Assembly: GCA_036003985.1 (NCBI GenBank)
Contig: DASYRW010000313.1
Location: 8,727 to 32,726 of the forward strand
Direction: 5' to 3'
DNA length: 24,000 bases
Source of the DNA: Thermoplasmatota archaeon
Lineage (GTDB): Archaea; Thermoplasmatota; SW-10-69-26; JACQPN01; JAIVGT01
The position numbers and the translations under genes are program-made. How positions within the stretch are numbered: the stretch's first letter is position 1; each line of letters opens with the position of its first letter. Below the pieces are notes generated by a model that was not told the origin of the DNA, did no database searches, and saw only the letters and a list, made by a program, of their open reading frames with translations. Positions 1 through 7,887 of the stretch are shown piece after piece.

Positions 1-262
1 GCCGGAGCATCTCGCTCTGCAGCTTGCGCATGTCCTTGGCGAGGGCCTTGCGCTGCGCCTCGGCGCGGCGGATGTGCTGCTTGAGGCCGCGCCGCTCGCG
101 CCGGTCGGAGGTGTTGCGGTAGTCGGTCCAGAGCACGCGCAGCACGCGCTGGTTGTCGGCCATCTGGGCGCGGAGGTGGCGGCGGCGTGCGTTGAGCTTC
201 GCGCCGCGCGCGTCGGGGTCCTCGGTCGGCGCGCGGGGCGCAGCGAACATCCGGAGGCGCAT
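1..262 (-). CDS. hypothetical protein, N-terminal part only (continues past the left edge); basic, coiled-coil-like
   Basis: Absent from the ORF track because it has no stop in the window. Reverse-complement reading from the ATG at 262-260 gives MRLRMFAAPRAPTEDPDARGAKLNARRRHLRAQMADNQRVLRVLWTDYRNTSDRRERRGLKQHIRRAEAQRKALAKDMRKLQSEML... Nearly every third codon position is G/C, as in the confident genes. No family recognised. An alternative ATG lies at 250. Confidence 0.4.
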   Translation of the reverse strand, partial: MRLRMFAAPRAPTEDPDARGAKLNARRRHLRAQMADNQRVLRVLWTDYRNTSDRRERRGLKQHIRRAEAQRKALAKDMRKLQSEMLR

Positions 263-391
263 GGCCCTGCATCGCGCGCCGCGCGCCATCAAGGACCCTG
301 GCGCAAGGGCTGGAGTGTTCTAGCACAAGGCCTGGGCGCGTCGCGGCTGGCAGCCCAAGGCCTTAAGCAGGCGCCCTGCCGGTGGGGGCCC

Positions 392-658
392 ATGGCCCTC
401 TCCACGATCGAGGTCCTGCTCCGGCTCGCCGTCGCGGCGCTCTCGCTGCTGGCCTTCGCGGTGGGCGCGGTGGCCTTCGCGCGGCGCCCCACGGGGCGCG
501 TGCTCCTGATGCTGGGGCTGTTCTCGGTGTTCCTCGTGCAGGGCGTGCTGCTGCTGCTCGATGTGGTGGTCGAGGACTCGCCGCTGCCCGAGGACGCGTA
601 CTTCGCGTTCCAGTTCCTCGAGGTCTTGCTCGTGACCGCCGTGTTCGTCAAGCGCTAG
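392..658 (+). CDS. small integral membrane protein (88 aa, about 3 predicted TM helices)
   Basis: Only the 3' part of track ORF 74..658 looks coding: MALSTIEVLLRLAVAALSLLAFAVGAVAFARRPTGRVLLMLGLFSVFLVQGVLLLLDVVVEDSPLPEDAYFAFQFLEVLLVTAVFVKR. The ATG at 392 lies 23 nt downstream of a CCTTAAGC box (361-368). The stop is 6 nt before the next gene. Confidence 0.6.
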   Translation: MALSTIEVLLRLAVAALSLLAFAVGAVAFARRPTGRVLLMLGLFSVFLVQGVLLLLDVVVEDSPLPEDAYFAFQFLEVLLVTAVFVKR

Positions 659-664
659 GCCACC

Positions 665-1231
665 ATGGCGGAAGAAGCCCTCGCCTTCGAGGCGCGCCGC
701 AGGCTCATGGGCCTCCTCGAGCGGCATCCGGGCGTGCACCTCCGCGAGCTCGAGCGCCTGAGCGCGTTGCCCCTCAGCACGCTGCGCTACCACCTTGAGT
801 ACCTGCAGCGCCACGGGCTCGTGGACGCGGAGCAGGACCGGCAGTTCGTCCGCTACTTCGCGCGGCGCGACCTCGAGCCGGCCGAGCGGCAGACGATCGC
901 CGCGCTCCGGCAGGCGGCCTTGCGGCGCGTGCTCATGGCGCTGCTCGAGGCGGGCGGGGAGGCCAGCTACGGCCAGCTCAGAGCGAGCCTCGCCATGCCT
1001 GCGAGCACGCTGAGCCTGCACCTCGGCGAGCTGCTGCGGCGCGGGCTGGTCGCGCGCACCCAAGCCGGAAGGGCGTCGCGGTACACCGTGGTGCACGGGG
1101 AGCGCGTGATCCGACTGCTGCTGACCTATCGCAGCAGCTTCCTCGACGCCTTCGTGGACCACCTCCTCGCAGCGCTGTACCCCGAGGATCTGCCGCGGGG
1201 CGGCGAGCCGCCGTCGCCCGAGGATGGCTAG
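665..1231 (+). CDS. transcriptional regulator with two tandem ArsR/winged-helix-like HTH domains
   Basis: 188 aa with two repeats of an HTH-like unit: LRELERLSALPLSTLRYHLEYLQRHGLV and YGQLRASLAMPASTLSLHLGELLRRGLV. High GC3. Tightly linked to the upstream membrane protein gene. Confidence 0.8.
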   Translation: MAEEALAFEARRRLMGLLERHPGVHLRELERLSALPLSTLRYHLEYLQRHGLVDAEQDRQFVRYFARRDLEPAERQTIAALRQAALRRVLMALLEAGGEASYGQLRASLAMPASTLSLHLGELLRRGLVARTQAGRASRYTVVHGERVIRLLLTYRSSFLDAFVDHLLAALYPEDLPRGGEPPSPEDG

Positions 1232-1232
1232 C

Positions 1233-2012
1233 TCACCGCGGCGCGAGGTCCTCGGCGCCCGCGAAGGCGTTCTGCAGGAACGCGTACACGTCGTCGAGGC
1301 CCTCGAGGGTCTCGGCGCTGGCCGGCGTGAGGCGCGTGTACGTGCCAAGCTCCTCGAGGACGCGGAAGATGCTGGTGTTGAGGTGGTGGTACATGGTGGG
1401 CTCGTCGGCCGCGATGGCGTCGTGCAGCTCGTCGGGCTCCTCCATCCACCGCTGCAGCTTCTCCAGTTCCTCGGGCTGGAGCAGGTCGGTCTTCGTGAGC
1501 ACGTTCACCATCGGCACCTGGAAGCGGAACTGGGTCGTCGCGGCCAGCAGGATCTGCGTGACGAACGCCGCGGGGTTGCGGGCGAGGAACGGGTCCACGA
1601 GGAACGCCAGCGCGCTCCGGCCCGGCGCGAAGCGCTCGACGATGTGGCGACCCGCCTCGCGGAACACGAACAGCTCCATCTGGCCGGGCGTGTCCAGCAA
1701 GACCAGATCGCTGCGGAAGCTCCCGATGGCCTCCATCACGTCCTCGGCCTGCAGCGCGAGCATGTCCGCGGCCGCGACCTGCGCGCCGTTGGGGCCGAGG
1801 CCGTGCTGCGCCATGATGTCGCGCACCTTCACCCAGTCGCGGATGTCCACGTCCGGGACATACGGCAGGCTCTCGGCGCCCGGGTCGAGGTTGACCGCGA
1901 TGGCGTCCAAGGAGTGCTCCTGCATCCACCGCTGCAGGCCCGCGGTGAGCCGGCTCTTGCCGCTGCCCGCGGTGCCGACCAAGTACAGGAAGACGCCGTC
2001 GGTGTCCGCCAC
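1233..2012 (-). CDS. GPN-loop GTPase (PAB0955/XAB1 family)
   Basis: 259 aa. P-loop GTAGSGKS, the literal GPN motif in HGLGPNGA, LLDTPGQMELF (switch II-like) and NVLTKTDLL (NKxD-like). This family is archaeal/eukaryotic. The start codon at 2012 is GTG, 24 nt from the CTTAAG box at 2036-2041. Confidence 0.9.
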   Translation of the reverse strand: MADTDGVFLYLVGTAGSGKSRLTAGLQRWMQEHSLDAIAVNLDPGAESLPYVPDVDIRDWVKVRDIMAQHGLGPNGAQVAAADMLALQAEDVMEAIGSFRSDLVLLDTPGQMELFVFREAGRHIVERFAPGRSALAFLVDPFLARNPAAFVTQILLAATTQFRFQVPMVNVLTKTDLLQPEELEKLQRWMEEPDELHDAIAADEPTMYHHLNTSIFRVLEELGTYTRLTPASAETLEGLDDVYAFLQNAFAGAEDLAPR

Positions 2013-2034
2013 GCCCCCGCGAGTGCCCGCGTGG

Positions 2035-2042
2035 ACTTAAGG
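2035..2042. promoter_or_regulatory. palindromic TATA-like box (ACTTAAGG) apparently shared by two divergent leaderless genes
   Basis: CTTAAG at 2036-2041 is the only A/T cluster in the 52-nt intergenic region. The GTG of the GPN GTPase gene (2012, minus) and the ATG of the SnoaL-like gene (2065, plus) each lie about 24 nt from it. Confidence 0.45.
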
Positions 2043-2064
2043 CTCGCGGCCCCCATGGCCAGCC

Positions 2065-2493
2065 ATGCCCGCGCCCGAGGCCAACATGGCGATGGTGCAC
2101 GCCCATGCGGTCCACGAGCACCGCCGCGACCTGGCCCAGCTGCTGGCCACGGTCGCCGACGACGCGGTCTACGAGGACGTGCCGCGCGGCCTGCGGTGGG
2201 AGGGCAAGAAGGAGGTCGAGCGCTTCTACCTGGAGCTGCTGGGCGCCTTCCCGGACCTCGACTTCCAGCTCGTCGCGCGCCGCGGCGGGCACGACCACGT
2301 CGTGGAGGAGCTCACGGCAACGGGCACGCACCGGGGTCCCCTCGGCGGCATCGCGCCGACGGGCAAGCCGGTCAAGTTCCGCCTCTGCATCGTGTTCCCG
2401 ATCCGGCCCGACGGAACGATCGGCGGCGAGGTCGTGTACTACGACCTGCTCGGCATCTACCGCCAGTTGGGGCTGCTGCCGGAGGGGCTGTAG
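2065..2493 (+). CDS. SnoaL-like / NTF2-fold ester cyclase family protein
   Basis: 142 aa. The pattern LLATVADDAVYEDV...GKKEVERFYLELLGAFPDLDFQLV...GTHRGPLGGIAPTGKPVKF...DGTIGGEVVYYD is typical of SnoaL-like cyclase domains. The ATG at 2065 is 24 nt from the CTTAAG box. An alternative in-frame ATG lies at 2086. Confidence 0.8.
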   Translation: MPAPEANMAMVHAHAVHEHRRDLAQLLATVADDAVYEDVPRGLRWEGKKEVERFYLELLGAFPDLDFQLVARRGGHDHVVEELTATGTHRGPLGGIAPTGKPVKFRLCIVFPIRPDGTIGGEVVYYDLLGIYRQLGLLPEGL

Positions 2494-2531
2494 TTCGCGA
2501 AGGGGGATCGCCGCCAGCGGCGCGATCGGAC

Positions 2532-3878
2532 CTAGTTCCGCCCCGCGCGCTGGTGCAGCAGGCGCTGCATGTGCTCCACGCGCCGGCGCAGGAGCTCGGG
2601 CTTGCCGATGTCGTGGCGCGCGCGCAGCCCCTCGCCCCGCACATGCTCCAGCGCGGCCTCGCAGCGCCCCTCGGCCTCGGCGAGGGTCGGCGCCTTCGCC
2701 AGGATCGCGCACGTCCGGCTCGTCGAGGTCGCGATCCTGCCCTGGTCCTCGTGCACAGCTGCCCAGAAGAGCTGGGCGCCGCCGCGCTGGATCGCAGCCT
2801 CGTCGGCGCGCACGGCGATGCCGGCCTTGCCGCCCTCGGCGCCGTAGCCGGGCGGCACGACGTACTTGCACACGGTCGCCAGCGCCTCGAAGCGCACCTT
2901 GGCGTGGCTGAGCGTGCCGGCCGCGATGGCCTCGCAGGCCTCGAGGTAGTCGGACGCAAGCAGCCCGAGGACGTTCATCGCCTCGGGGTCGCCGAAGCGC
3001 GCGTTGCACTCGATGACCTTCGGCCCGTCGGCGGTGAGCATGAACTGGCCGTAGATCGCCCCGCGGTAGGGGCGGCCGTCCTTCGCCATCGCCGCGACGA
3101 TGCCGCGCAGGATGCGCTCGGCCGCGGCCAGGTCCGCGCGCGTGAGGAACGGGAGCAGGCCGTCGCGGTCGGAGTAGCTGCCCATGCCGCCCGTGTTGGG
3201 GCCGGTGTCGCCCTCGAAGGCGCGCTTGTGGTCCTGCACCGCGGGCATCGTCGCGAGGGTCGCGCCGTCGCAGAAGGCCTGGAGGGTGAATTCCTCGCCC
3301 TCGAGCTTCTCCTCCACGAGCACACCGCCGCTGCCGCCGATGCGCTGCGCGAGCACGTCGCGCGCGTAGGCCTCGGCCTCGGCCGCGTCGCGCAGGTGGT
3401 CGCCGCTGACCTTCACGCCCTTGCCGCCGGTAAGGCCGACGGGCTTGATGGCGACGCTGCCCAGGGCCCGGATGGCGTCGCCGAGGCCAGCTGGCGACGT
3501 GAACAGCGTGTGGCGCACGCGGCCGTCGAGGCGGTGGCGATCCATGAGGTCGCGGAGGTAGGCCTTGCTCGTCTCGACCTCCGCCGCGGCCTTGGTGGGG
3601 CTTGCAACGCGCACGCCCTGCGCCGCCAGCGCGTCCATAGTGCCCGCTTCGAGGGGCGCTTCCGGGCCGGCGAGCACCAGCTCGACGCGCCAGGCCCGTG
3701 CGGCCTCGGTGACGACGCGGACGTCGCTCTCGGGCGCGAGCTTGGAGTCCTTGGCCAGCCGCGCGAGGCCGGGGTTGCGGGCCTTGCTGACGACGAACAG
3801 CTCCGCGCCGCTGCGCACGAGGGCCTGGGCCATGGCGTGCTCGCGTGCGCCGCCGCCGATGAGCAGGACGCGCGTCAT
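2532..3878 (-). CDS. purD: phosphoribosylamine--glycine ligase
   Basis: Internal ATG of track ORF 2532..4103. The product starts MTRVLLIGGGAREHAMAQAL and contains AIKPVGLTGGKGVKV, GEEFTLQAFCDG, QDHKRAFEGDTGPNTGGMGSY and IECNARFGDPEAMNVL, all classic PurD/ATP-grasp motifs. The 75-codon extension upstream is Ser/Arg/Ala junk. Confidence 0.93.
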   Translation of the reverse strand: MTRVLLIGGGAREHAMAQALVRSGAELFVVSKARNPGLARLAKDSKLAPESDVRVVTEAARAWRVELVLAGPEAPLEAGTMDALAAQGVRVASPTKAAAEVETSKAYLRDLMDRHRLDGRVRHTLFTSPAGLGDAIRALGSVAIKPVGLTGGKGVKVSGDHLRDAAEAEAYARDVLAQRIGGSGGVLVEEKLEGEEFTLQAFCDGATLATMPAVQDHKRAFEGDTGPNTGGMGSYSDRDGLLPFLTRADLAAAERILRGIVAAMAKDGRPYRGAIYGQFMLTADGPKVIECNARFGDPEAMNVLGLLASDYLEACEAIAAGTLSHAKVRFEALATVCKYVVPPGYGAEGGKAGIAVRADEAAIQRGGAQLFWAAVHEDQGRIATSTSRTCAILAKAPTLAEAEGRCEAALEHVRGEGLRARHDIGKPELLRRRVEHMQRLLHQRAGRN

Positions 3879-3901
3879 CGGGCGGGGATGGGGCTGGGCT
3901 T

Positions 3902-3940
3902 GAAAAGGCTTTGCCGGGCGCGCGAAGCCGCAGCCTTTTC
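3902..3940. promoter_or_regulatory. pair of inverted TATA-like boxes (GAAAAGGC ... GCCTTTTC) for divergent purD and tldD
   Basis: GAAAAGGC (3902-3909) and its exact reverse complement GCCTTTTC (3933-3940). The purD ATG (3878) and the tldD GTG (3964) each lie about 24 nt from the nearer box. Confidence 0.45.
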
Positions 3941-3963
3941 CGGGCTCGCCACCATGGCCCCGC

Positions 3964-5376
3964 GTGCCCACGGCTGCCCTCGACGCGCTGGCCGATCCGG
4001 CCGAGCGCGCGCTCCGGCTCGCGCTGCGCGCAGGGCTCGAGGGCGAAGTGCGGGCCGAGCGCACCGTGGAACGCGTCCTCGCCACCCACGGCGGACAGCT
4101 CACCGCGGCGACCTCGACCGAGGGCGGCGGTGTGGGCGTGCGGGTGCTGCACCGCGGGCGCGCCGGCTACGCGTCCACGACCGACCCCACGCCGGCCGAG
4201 CTCTCACGCATCGTGGGCGAGGCCGCGCGCATGGCGGGCGCGCGCACGGGGCGGCGCGCCGTCGCCGTCGCGAGGTCCGCCGCTGCGTTGGCCGCGCCAG
4301 GCGGCGACGATGCCGACCTCGAGGCCAAGCTCGACCTGCTCCGCCGCGCGGCCCGCGCAGGCCAGGAGGCGGGCAAGGAGGTGGCGGCCGTCGTCGCTGG
4401 CTACCAGGAGCGCCTCGGCGCGCGCGTCGTGCTGCGCACCGACGGCGCGCGGTGCGCCTGGGAGCCACGCGCGGTGACCCTCGACGTCAGCGTGGTGAGC
4501 CGCGCCGGCCAAGGCCTGGCGAAGGGGCGCGCCTTCCACGGAGGGAGTTTCGGGCTGGAGGGCTTCACCGGCGAGCAGGGCCCCGAAGCCCTGGCGCAGC
4601 GCGCGGCCCAATGGGCGGCGGAGCGGCGCGACGCGCGTCGGCCTCGCGCCGGCAAGCAGCGCGTGCTCGCGGACCCGCTCCTCGCAGGCGTGCTGGCGCA
4701 CGAGAGCTTCGGCCACCTCGCAGAGGGCGACCTCGTGCGCAGCGGCTGGAGCGTGCTGCGGGGCCGCGAGGGAGCGCGCCTCGGCAGCACGCACGCCACC
4801 ATCGTCGACACCGGCCTGCCCCCGGAGGGCGCGGGCGGCATCGCGCTGCCCTTCGACGATGAGGCCACCCCCTCGCGCGAGGTGACGATCCTCGACCGCG
4901 GCCGGCTCGCGGGCTTCCTCCATGGTCGCACGACCGGCGCGACGACCGGCAACGCGCGCGCGGTGGACTACCGCTTCGCGCCGATCTGCCGCATGCGCAA
5001 CACGTTCTTCCGGCCGAGCGACCTGCGGCTCGATGAGGCCATCGAGCAGCTGCGCGACGGCATCTACGCGTGCGGGTCCACGGGGGGCGAGGCGCGGAGC
5101 GACGGCAACTTCGTGTTCACCGCGGTGCGCGCGTACCGCGTGGAGCGCGGGCGCGTGGCGGAGCCGCTGCGCGACGTGGCGCTGGCGGGCAACATCCTGC
5201 GCGCGCTGCGGGGCGTGGAGGGCTGCACGCGCGAGCTCGTCATCCACGCGGGCGCGAACGTAAGCTGCGGAAAGTGGGGACAGTGGCCGCTGCCCGTCGG
5301 CTACGGCGGCCCCCACGTGCTGCTGGGCGAGGTCCTGGCCGGCGGCGAGGGAACCACCTGGGAGGGCGCGCGATGA
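3964..5376 (+). CDS. tldD: TldD-family metalloprotease
   Basis: 470 aa with the HExxxH motif in LAHESFGHLAEGD, plus FDDEATPS, GNARA and PICRMRNTF, typical of TldD. GTG start at 3964, 24 nt from the GCCTTTTC box. The stop overlaps the pmbA start (ATGA at 5373-5376). Confidence 0.9.
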   Translation: MPTAALDALADPAERALRLALRAGLEGEVRAERTVERVLATHGGQLTAATSTEGGGVGVRVLHRGRAGYASTTDPTPAELSRIVGEAARMAGARTGRRAVAVARSAAALAAPGGDDADLEAKLDLLRRAARAGQEAGKEVAAVVAGYQERLGARVVLRTDGARCAWEPRAVTLDVSVVSRAGQGLAKGRAFHGGSFGLEGFTGEQGPEALAQRAAQWAAERRDARRPRAGKQRVLADPLLAGVLAHESFGHLAEGDLVRSGWSVLRGREGARLGSTHATIVDTGLPPEGAGGIALPFDDEATPSREVTILDRGRLAGFLHGRTTGATTGNARAVDYRFAPICRMRNTFFRPSDLRLDEAIEQLRDGIYACGSTGGEARSDGNFVFTAVRAYRVERGRVAEPLRDVALAGNILRALRGVEGCTRELVIHAGANVSCGKWGQWPLPVGYGGPHVLLGEVLAGGEGTTWEGAR

Positions 5377-6707
5377 CCCTCGCCCGCCTCGCCGAGCAGG
5401 CGGTGAGGGCCGCGCTCGCCGAGGGCGCCAGCGATGCGGAAGCGTACGCGTGGGACGCCGCGGAGCTCCAGGCCAGCAAGATCGGCGTCGACGCGAGCCT
5501 GAAGGAGTCGCGGACCAGCGGCTTGGGCGTGCGCGCGGTTCGCGGGGGCGCCCTCGGCTTCGCTTCCGCGACGCCCGCTCGCCCCGCCGAGGCGGAGCGC
5601 GCGGCCCGGCAAGCAGCACGGCTCGCGTCGCTGCTGCCGCGCACGGGCGCGACGCTGCCCGAGGTTGCGCGCGGAGCGACGCGCGGGCCGGGGTACGACG
5701 CGGCGCTGGCCGCCCTGACGCCCCGCGACGCCGGGGCGTGGGCCGAGGCGGCGCTGCGCGAGGCGCGCGCGGGGAAGCGCGGCGCCGTGGCCTTCGCCAG
5801 CGCGACGGTGCAGCGCAGTCGCTGGCGCTTCGCGCTCGCCAGCAGCCGGGGCGTGCGCGCGGCGCAGCGCGGGGTGCGCGCCTCGATCGAGGTCGAGTGC
5901 CGCGTGCGCGACGGCGCGCGCGAGCGCACGGGCATGGCCACGCGCGTCGCGCGCGCGGGCTTCGCGCCACGCGGCGTCGGCCGCGACGCGCGCTGGCGGG
6001 CCGAGGCGATGCTCGGCGCGCGGCGGCCCAGGGTGCTCGCCTCGGAGGTCGTGCTCGACGCCGAAGCCGCGCTGCTGCTGCCGCAGCTGCTCGCGCCCGC
6101 CCTCACCGGAGCGTACGTCGCGGAGGGCCGCAGCATCCTCGCGCGTCGTCAAGGCGAGCGCATCGCGTCGCCGATCCTGACCGTGCGCGACGGCCCCGGC
6201 CAGGGCGGCATGGCGGCCCAGGCCGTGGACGACGAAGGCACGCCCGGCCGCGACCGCGCGCTCGTCGAGGCCGGCGTCCTGAAGGGCTTCGTGCTCGATC
6301 ACGCGTCCGCCGCCAAGCTCGGCGCGGCGAGCACCGGCAACGGCCTGCGCGGCGGCGGCGACCAGCGTCATCGCGTGCCGCCCGCGCCGCTGCCGATGGG
6401 CCTCGCGGTCCAGCCCGGCAAGGGCGATCTCGAGGACCTCCTCGCACGCGTGGACCGCGGGGTGCTCGTGCGCTGGCAGCTCATGGGGCTGGCGAACATC
6501 AACGCGACGACGGGCGATTTCAGCGTCGTCGCGCCCTGCGCGTTCTTGATCCGCCGGGGCGCCGTCGCCCACCCCCTGCCCCCGACGACCATCACGGGCA
6601 ACCTGCTCGGCGCGCTGCAAGGCCTCCAGCAGGTCGGCGCGGCGCCCCGAGAGCCCGGCCTGCGGCTGCCGCCGCTGCGCGTCGCGGGCTTGACCTGCGC
6701 GGCGTAG
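5373..6707 (+). CDS. pmbA: PmbA/TldE-family protein (TldD partner)
   Basis: Internal ATG of track ORF 5070..6707. The product starts MTLARLAEQAVRAALAEGASDAEAYAW...GLGVRAVRGGALGFAS and has VDDEGTPG...GNG...NATTGDFS with no HExxxH motif, as expected for PmbA. ATGA overlap with tldD. Confidence 0.85.
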   Translation: MTLARLAEQAVRAALAEGASDAEAYAWDAAELQASKIGVDASLKESRTSGLGVRAVRGGALGFASATPARPAEAERAARQAARLASLLPRTGATLPEVARGATRGPGYDAALAALTPRDAGAWAEAALREARAGKRGAVAFASATVQRSRWRFALASSRGVRAAQRGVRASIEVECRVRDGARERTGMATRVARAGFAPRGVGRDARWRAEAMLGARRPRVLASEVVLDAEAALLLPQLLAPALTGAYVAEGRSILARRQGERIASPILTVRDGPGQGGMAAQAVDDEGTPGRDRALVEAGVLKGFVLDHASAAKLGAASTGNGLRGGGDQRHRVPPAPLPMGLAVQPGKGDLEDLLARVDRGVLVRWQLMGLANINATTGDFSVVAPCAFLIRRGAVAHPLPPTTITGNLLGALQGLQQVGAAPREPGLRLPPLRVAGLTCAA

Positions 6708-6722
6708 CCGGGCATGGAGGGC

Positions 6723-7307
6723 CTACCACGGGACTTCCTTGTGCCCGTAGCGGTGGCCGAGCCAGTTGGTCGCGAGGTGCAGCGCCGGCGTGAGCACGAG
6801 GATGATGACGGCGAGCGGCAGCGTGAGGGTCGCGCGGAGCCAGTTCTCCTGTGCAAGGCCAGCCCAGATCGCGGCCTCGCCCAGCAGGAGCGCGAGCGCC
6901 CACGCGCCGAGCACGAAGTCGAGCTGGTCGGGGCCGTACCACGCCGCGCCGCGCTCCTTGCCCACGCGTCGCTTGACGAAGCTCTTGGTCGCGTCGCCGA
7001 GCAGCGCGCCGAAGGCGAGGCCGGCCGCGATGGGCACCCACGCCGCACCGGGCCCGAAGTCCGTGAGGCCGTTGCCGGCGAGGGGCGCGAGCGCGTGCAG
7101 CGCGGCGCCGACGAGCACGCCCGCGAGCCCGCCGAGGAGGAAGCCCCGCCACGTCTTGCCGGGCCCGAACACGCGCCGCCCGTCGCGCAGCACCTTGCCG
7201 AAGTCCATGGGCGTGCCGCCGCCGAGCTTCACGGCGCTCATGTTGGCCGCGTAGGCTGGGAGCATGAGCCAGATCGCCTGCGCCAGCCACACCCACGCTT
7301 CGGCCAA
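6723..7307 (-). CDS. carS: CDP-archaeol synthase (CDP-2,3-bis-O-geranylgeranyl-sn-glycerol synthase)
   Basis: The 3' two-thirds of track ORF 6723..7469 reads WLMLPAYAANMSAVKLGGGTPMDFG...GKTWRGFLLG...GDATKSFVKRRVG...DQLDFVLGA, matching the CarS (DUF46) pattern. The start is uncertain. I place it at TTG 7307; GTG 7292 is an alternative. The upstream extension overlaps the VOC gene, and an AAAAGGC-type box sits at 7338-7344 just downstream of the VOC gene stop. Confidence 0.8.
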   Translation of the reverse strand: MAEAWVWLAQAIWLMLPAYAANMSAVKLGGGTPMDFGKVLRDGRRVFGPGKTWRGFLLGGLAGVLVGAALHALAPLAGNGLTDFGPGAAWVPIAAGLAFGALLGDATKSFVKRRVGKERGAAWYGPDQLDFVLGAWALALLLGEAAIWAGLAQENWLRATLTLPLAVIILVLTPALHLATNWLGHRYGHKEVPW

Positions 7308-7353
7308 AGGAGTCGCCGGGGCATGGCGGCGGGTGCCAAAAGGCTTGCCGGGC

Positions 7354-7863
7354 CTACCTGCGCGCTCGGGCGCGCCGCGCGCGTGGCGGCCGCGGGCGCT
7401 CGAAGCGGCCGTACTCCGCCGGCACGCGGAAGCCGGGGATGCGCTTGGCGAAGGCCAGGTAGTAGCCATCGGGTGTGCGCACGCTGATGGTGCGCTCGCC
7501 CCAGAACTGGTCGGCGGGCGGCTCGTCGATCAGCGCGCCCTTGGCGCGGATGCGCTCGTAGTACGCGTCGACATCGGCGACGACGAAGTTCAGCACGACG
7601 CCCCCGTGGAGCGGACCGCGGCGCAGCACGTTGCCGAACTCGCCGAAGTCGTAGTCCGTCGCCAGCAGCGCGGGGATCGATGCGATCGCCACCCCCGATG
7701 CGCGCATCCCGCGACCGAAGGAGACGAGCGCGTGCGCCACGGTGCCATCGGCAGCGACGAACCGCTCCACCTCGCGGAACCCGAGGATGTGCGTGAAGTA
7801 CTCGACGTTCTTCGCCACGTCCTGCACGAAGATGCCGACGGGGAATCCAGGGCGTGCGGGCAT
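7354..7863 (-). CDS. VOC (glyoxalase/bleomycin-resistance/dioxygenase) family protein
   Basis: 169 aa: GIFVQDVAKNVEYFTHILGFRE...ALVSFG...VVLNFVVADVDAYYERIRAKGALIDEPPADQFWGERTISVRTPDGYYLAF, the typical beta-alpha-beta-beta-beta VOC module pattern. Confidence 0.8.
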   Translation of the reverse strand: MPARPGFPVGIFVQDVAKNVEYFTHILGFREVERFVAADGTVAHALVSFGRGMRASGVAIASIPALLATDYDFGEFGNVLRRGPLHGGVVLNFVVADVDAYYERIRAKGALIDEPPADQFWGERTISVRTPDGYYLAFAKRIPGFRVPAEYGRFERPRPPRARRARARR

Positions 7864-7887
7864 GCTGCACGAGACGCGGGGCGGGTC

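Noticed and set aside
74-391. The 5' extension of ORF 74..658 (194 aa) and the antisense ORFs 289..651 and 320..1348.
   Set aside because: The first 106 codons overlap the better-supported minus-strand partial gene (1-262) and read as low-complexity sequence. A TATA-like box at 361-368 fits the internal ATG at 392. The antisense ORFs are Ser/Arg/Thr/Pro junk.
1224-4862. Very long ORFs such as 1224..4862 (+, 1212 aa) and 1228..4152 (-, 974 aa). Others of the same kind: 4204..5970-, 5301..6620-, 5450..6793+, 7238..8803-, 7264..9525+, 11951..13447-, 14609..16621-, 14656..16638+, 20112..22196- and 20345..22975+.
   Set aside because: Their translations are Arg/Ala/Pro/Gly-rich low-complexity strings with no recognisable motifs. 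They run antisense to or out of frame with genes that have unmistakable family signatures (purD, GPN GTPase, tldD/pmbA, the kinase, nfo, tes, the radical SAM protein). Long spurious ORFs are expected when stop codons are rare in high-GC DNA.
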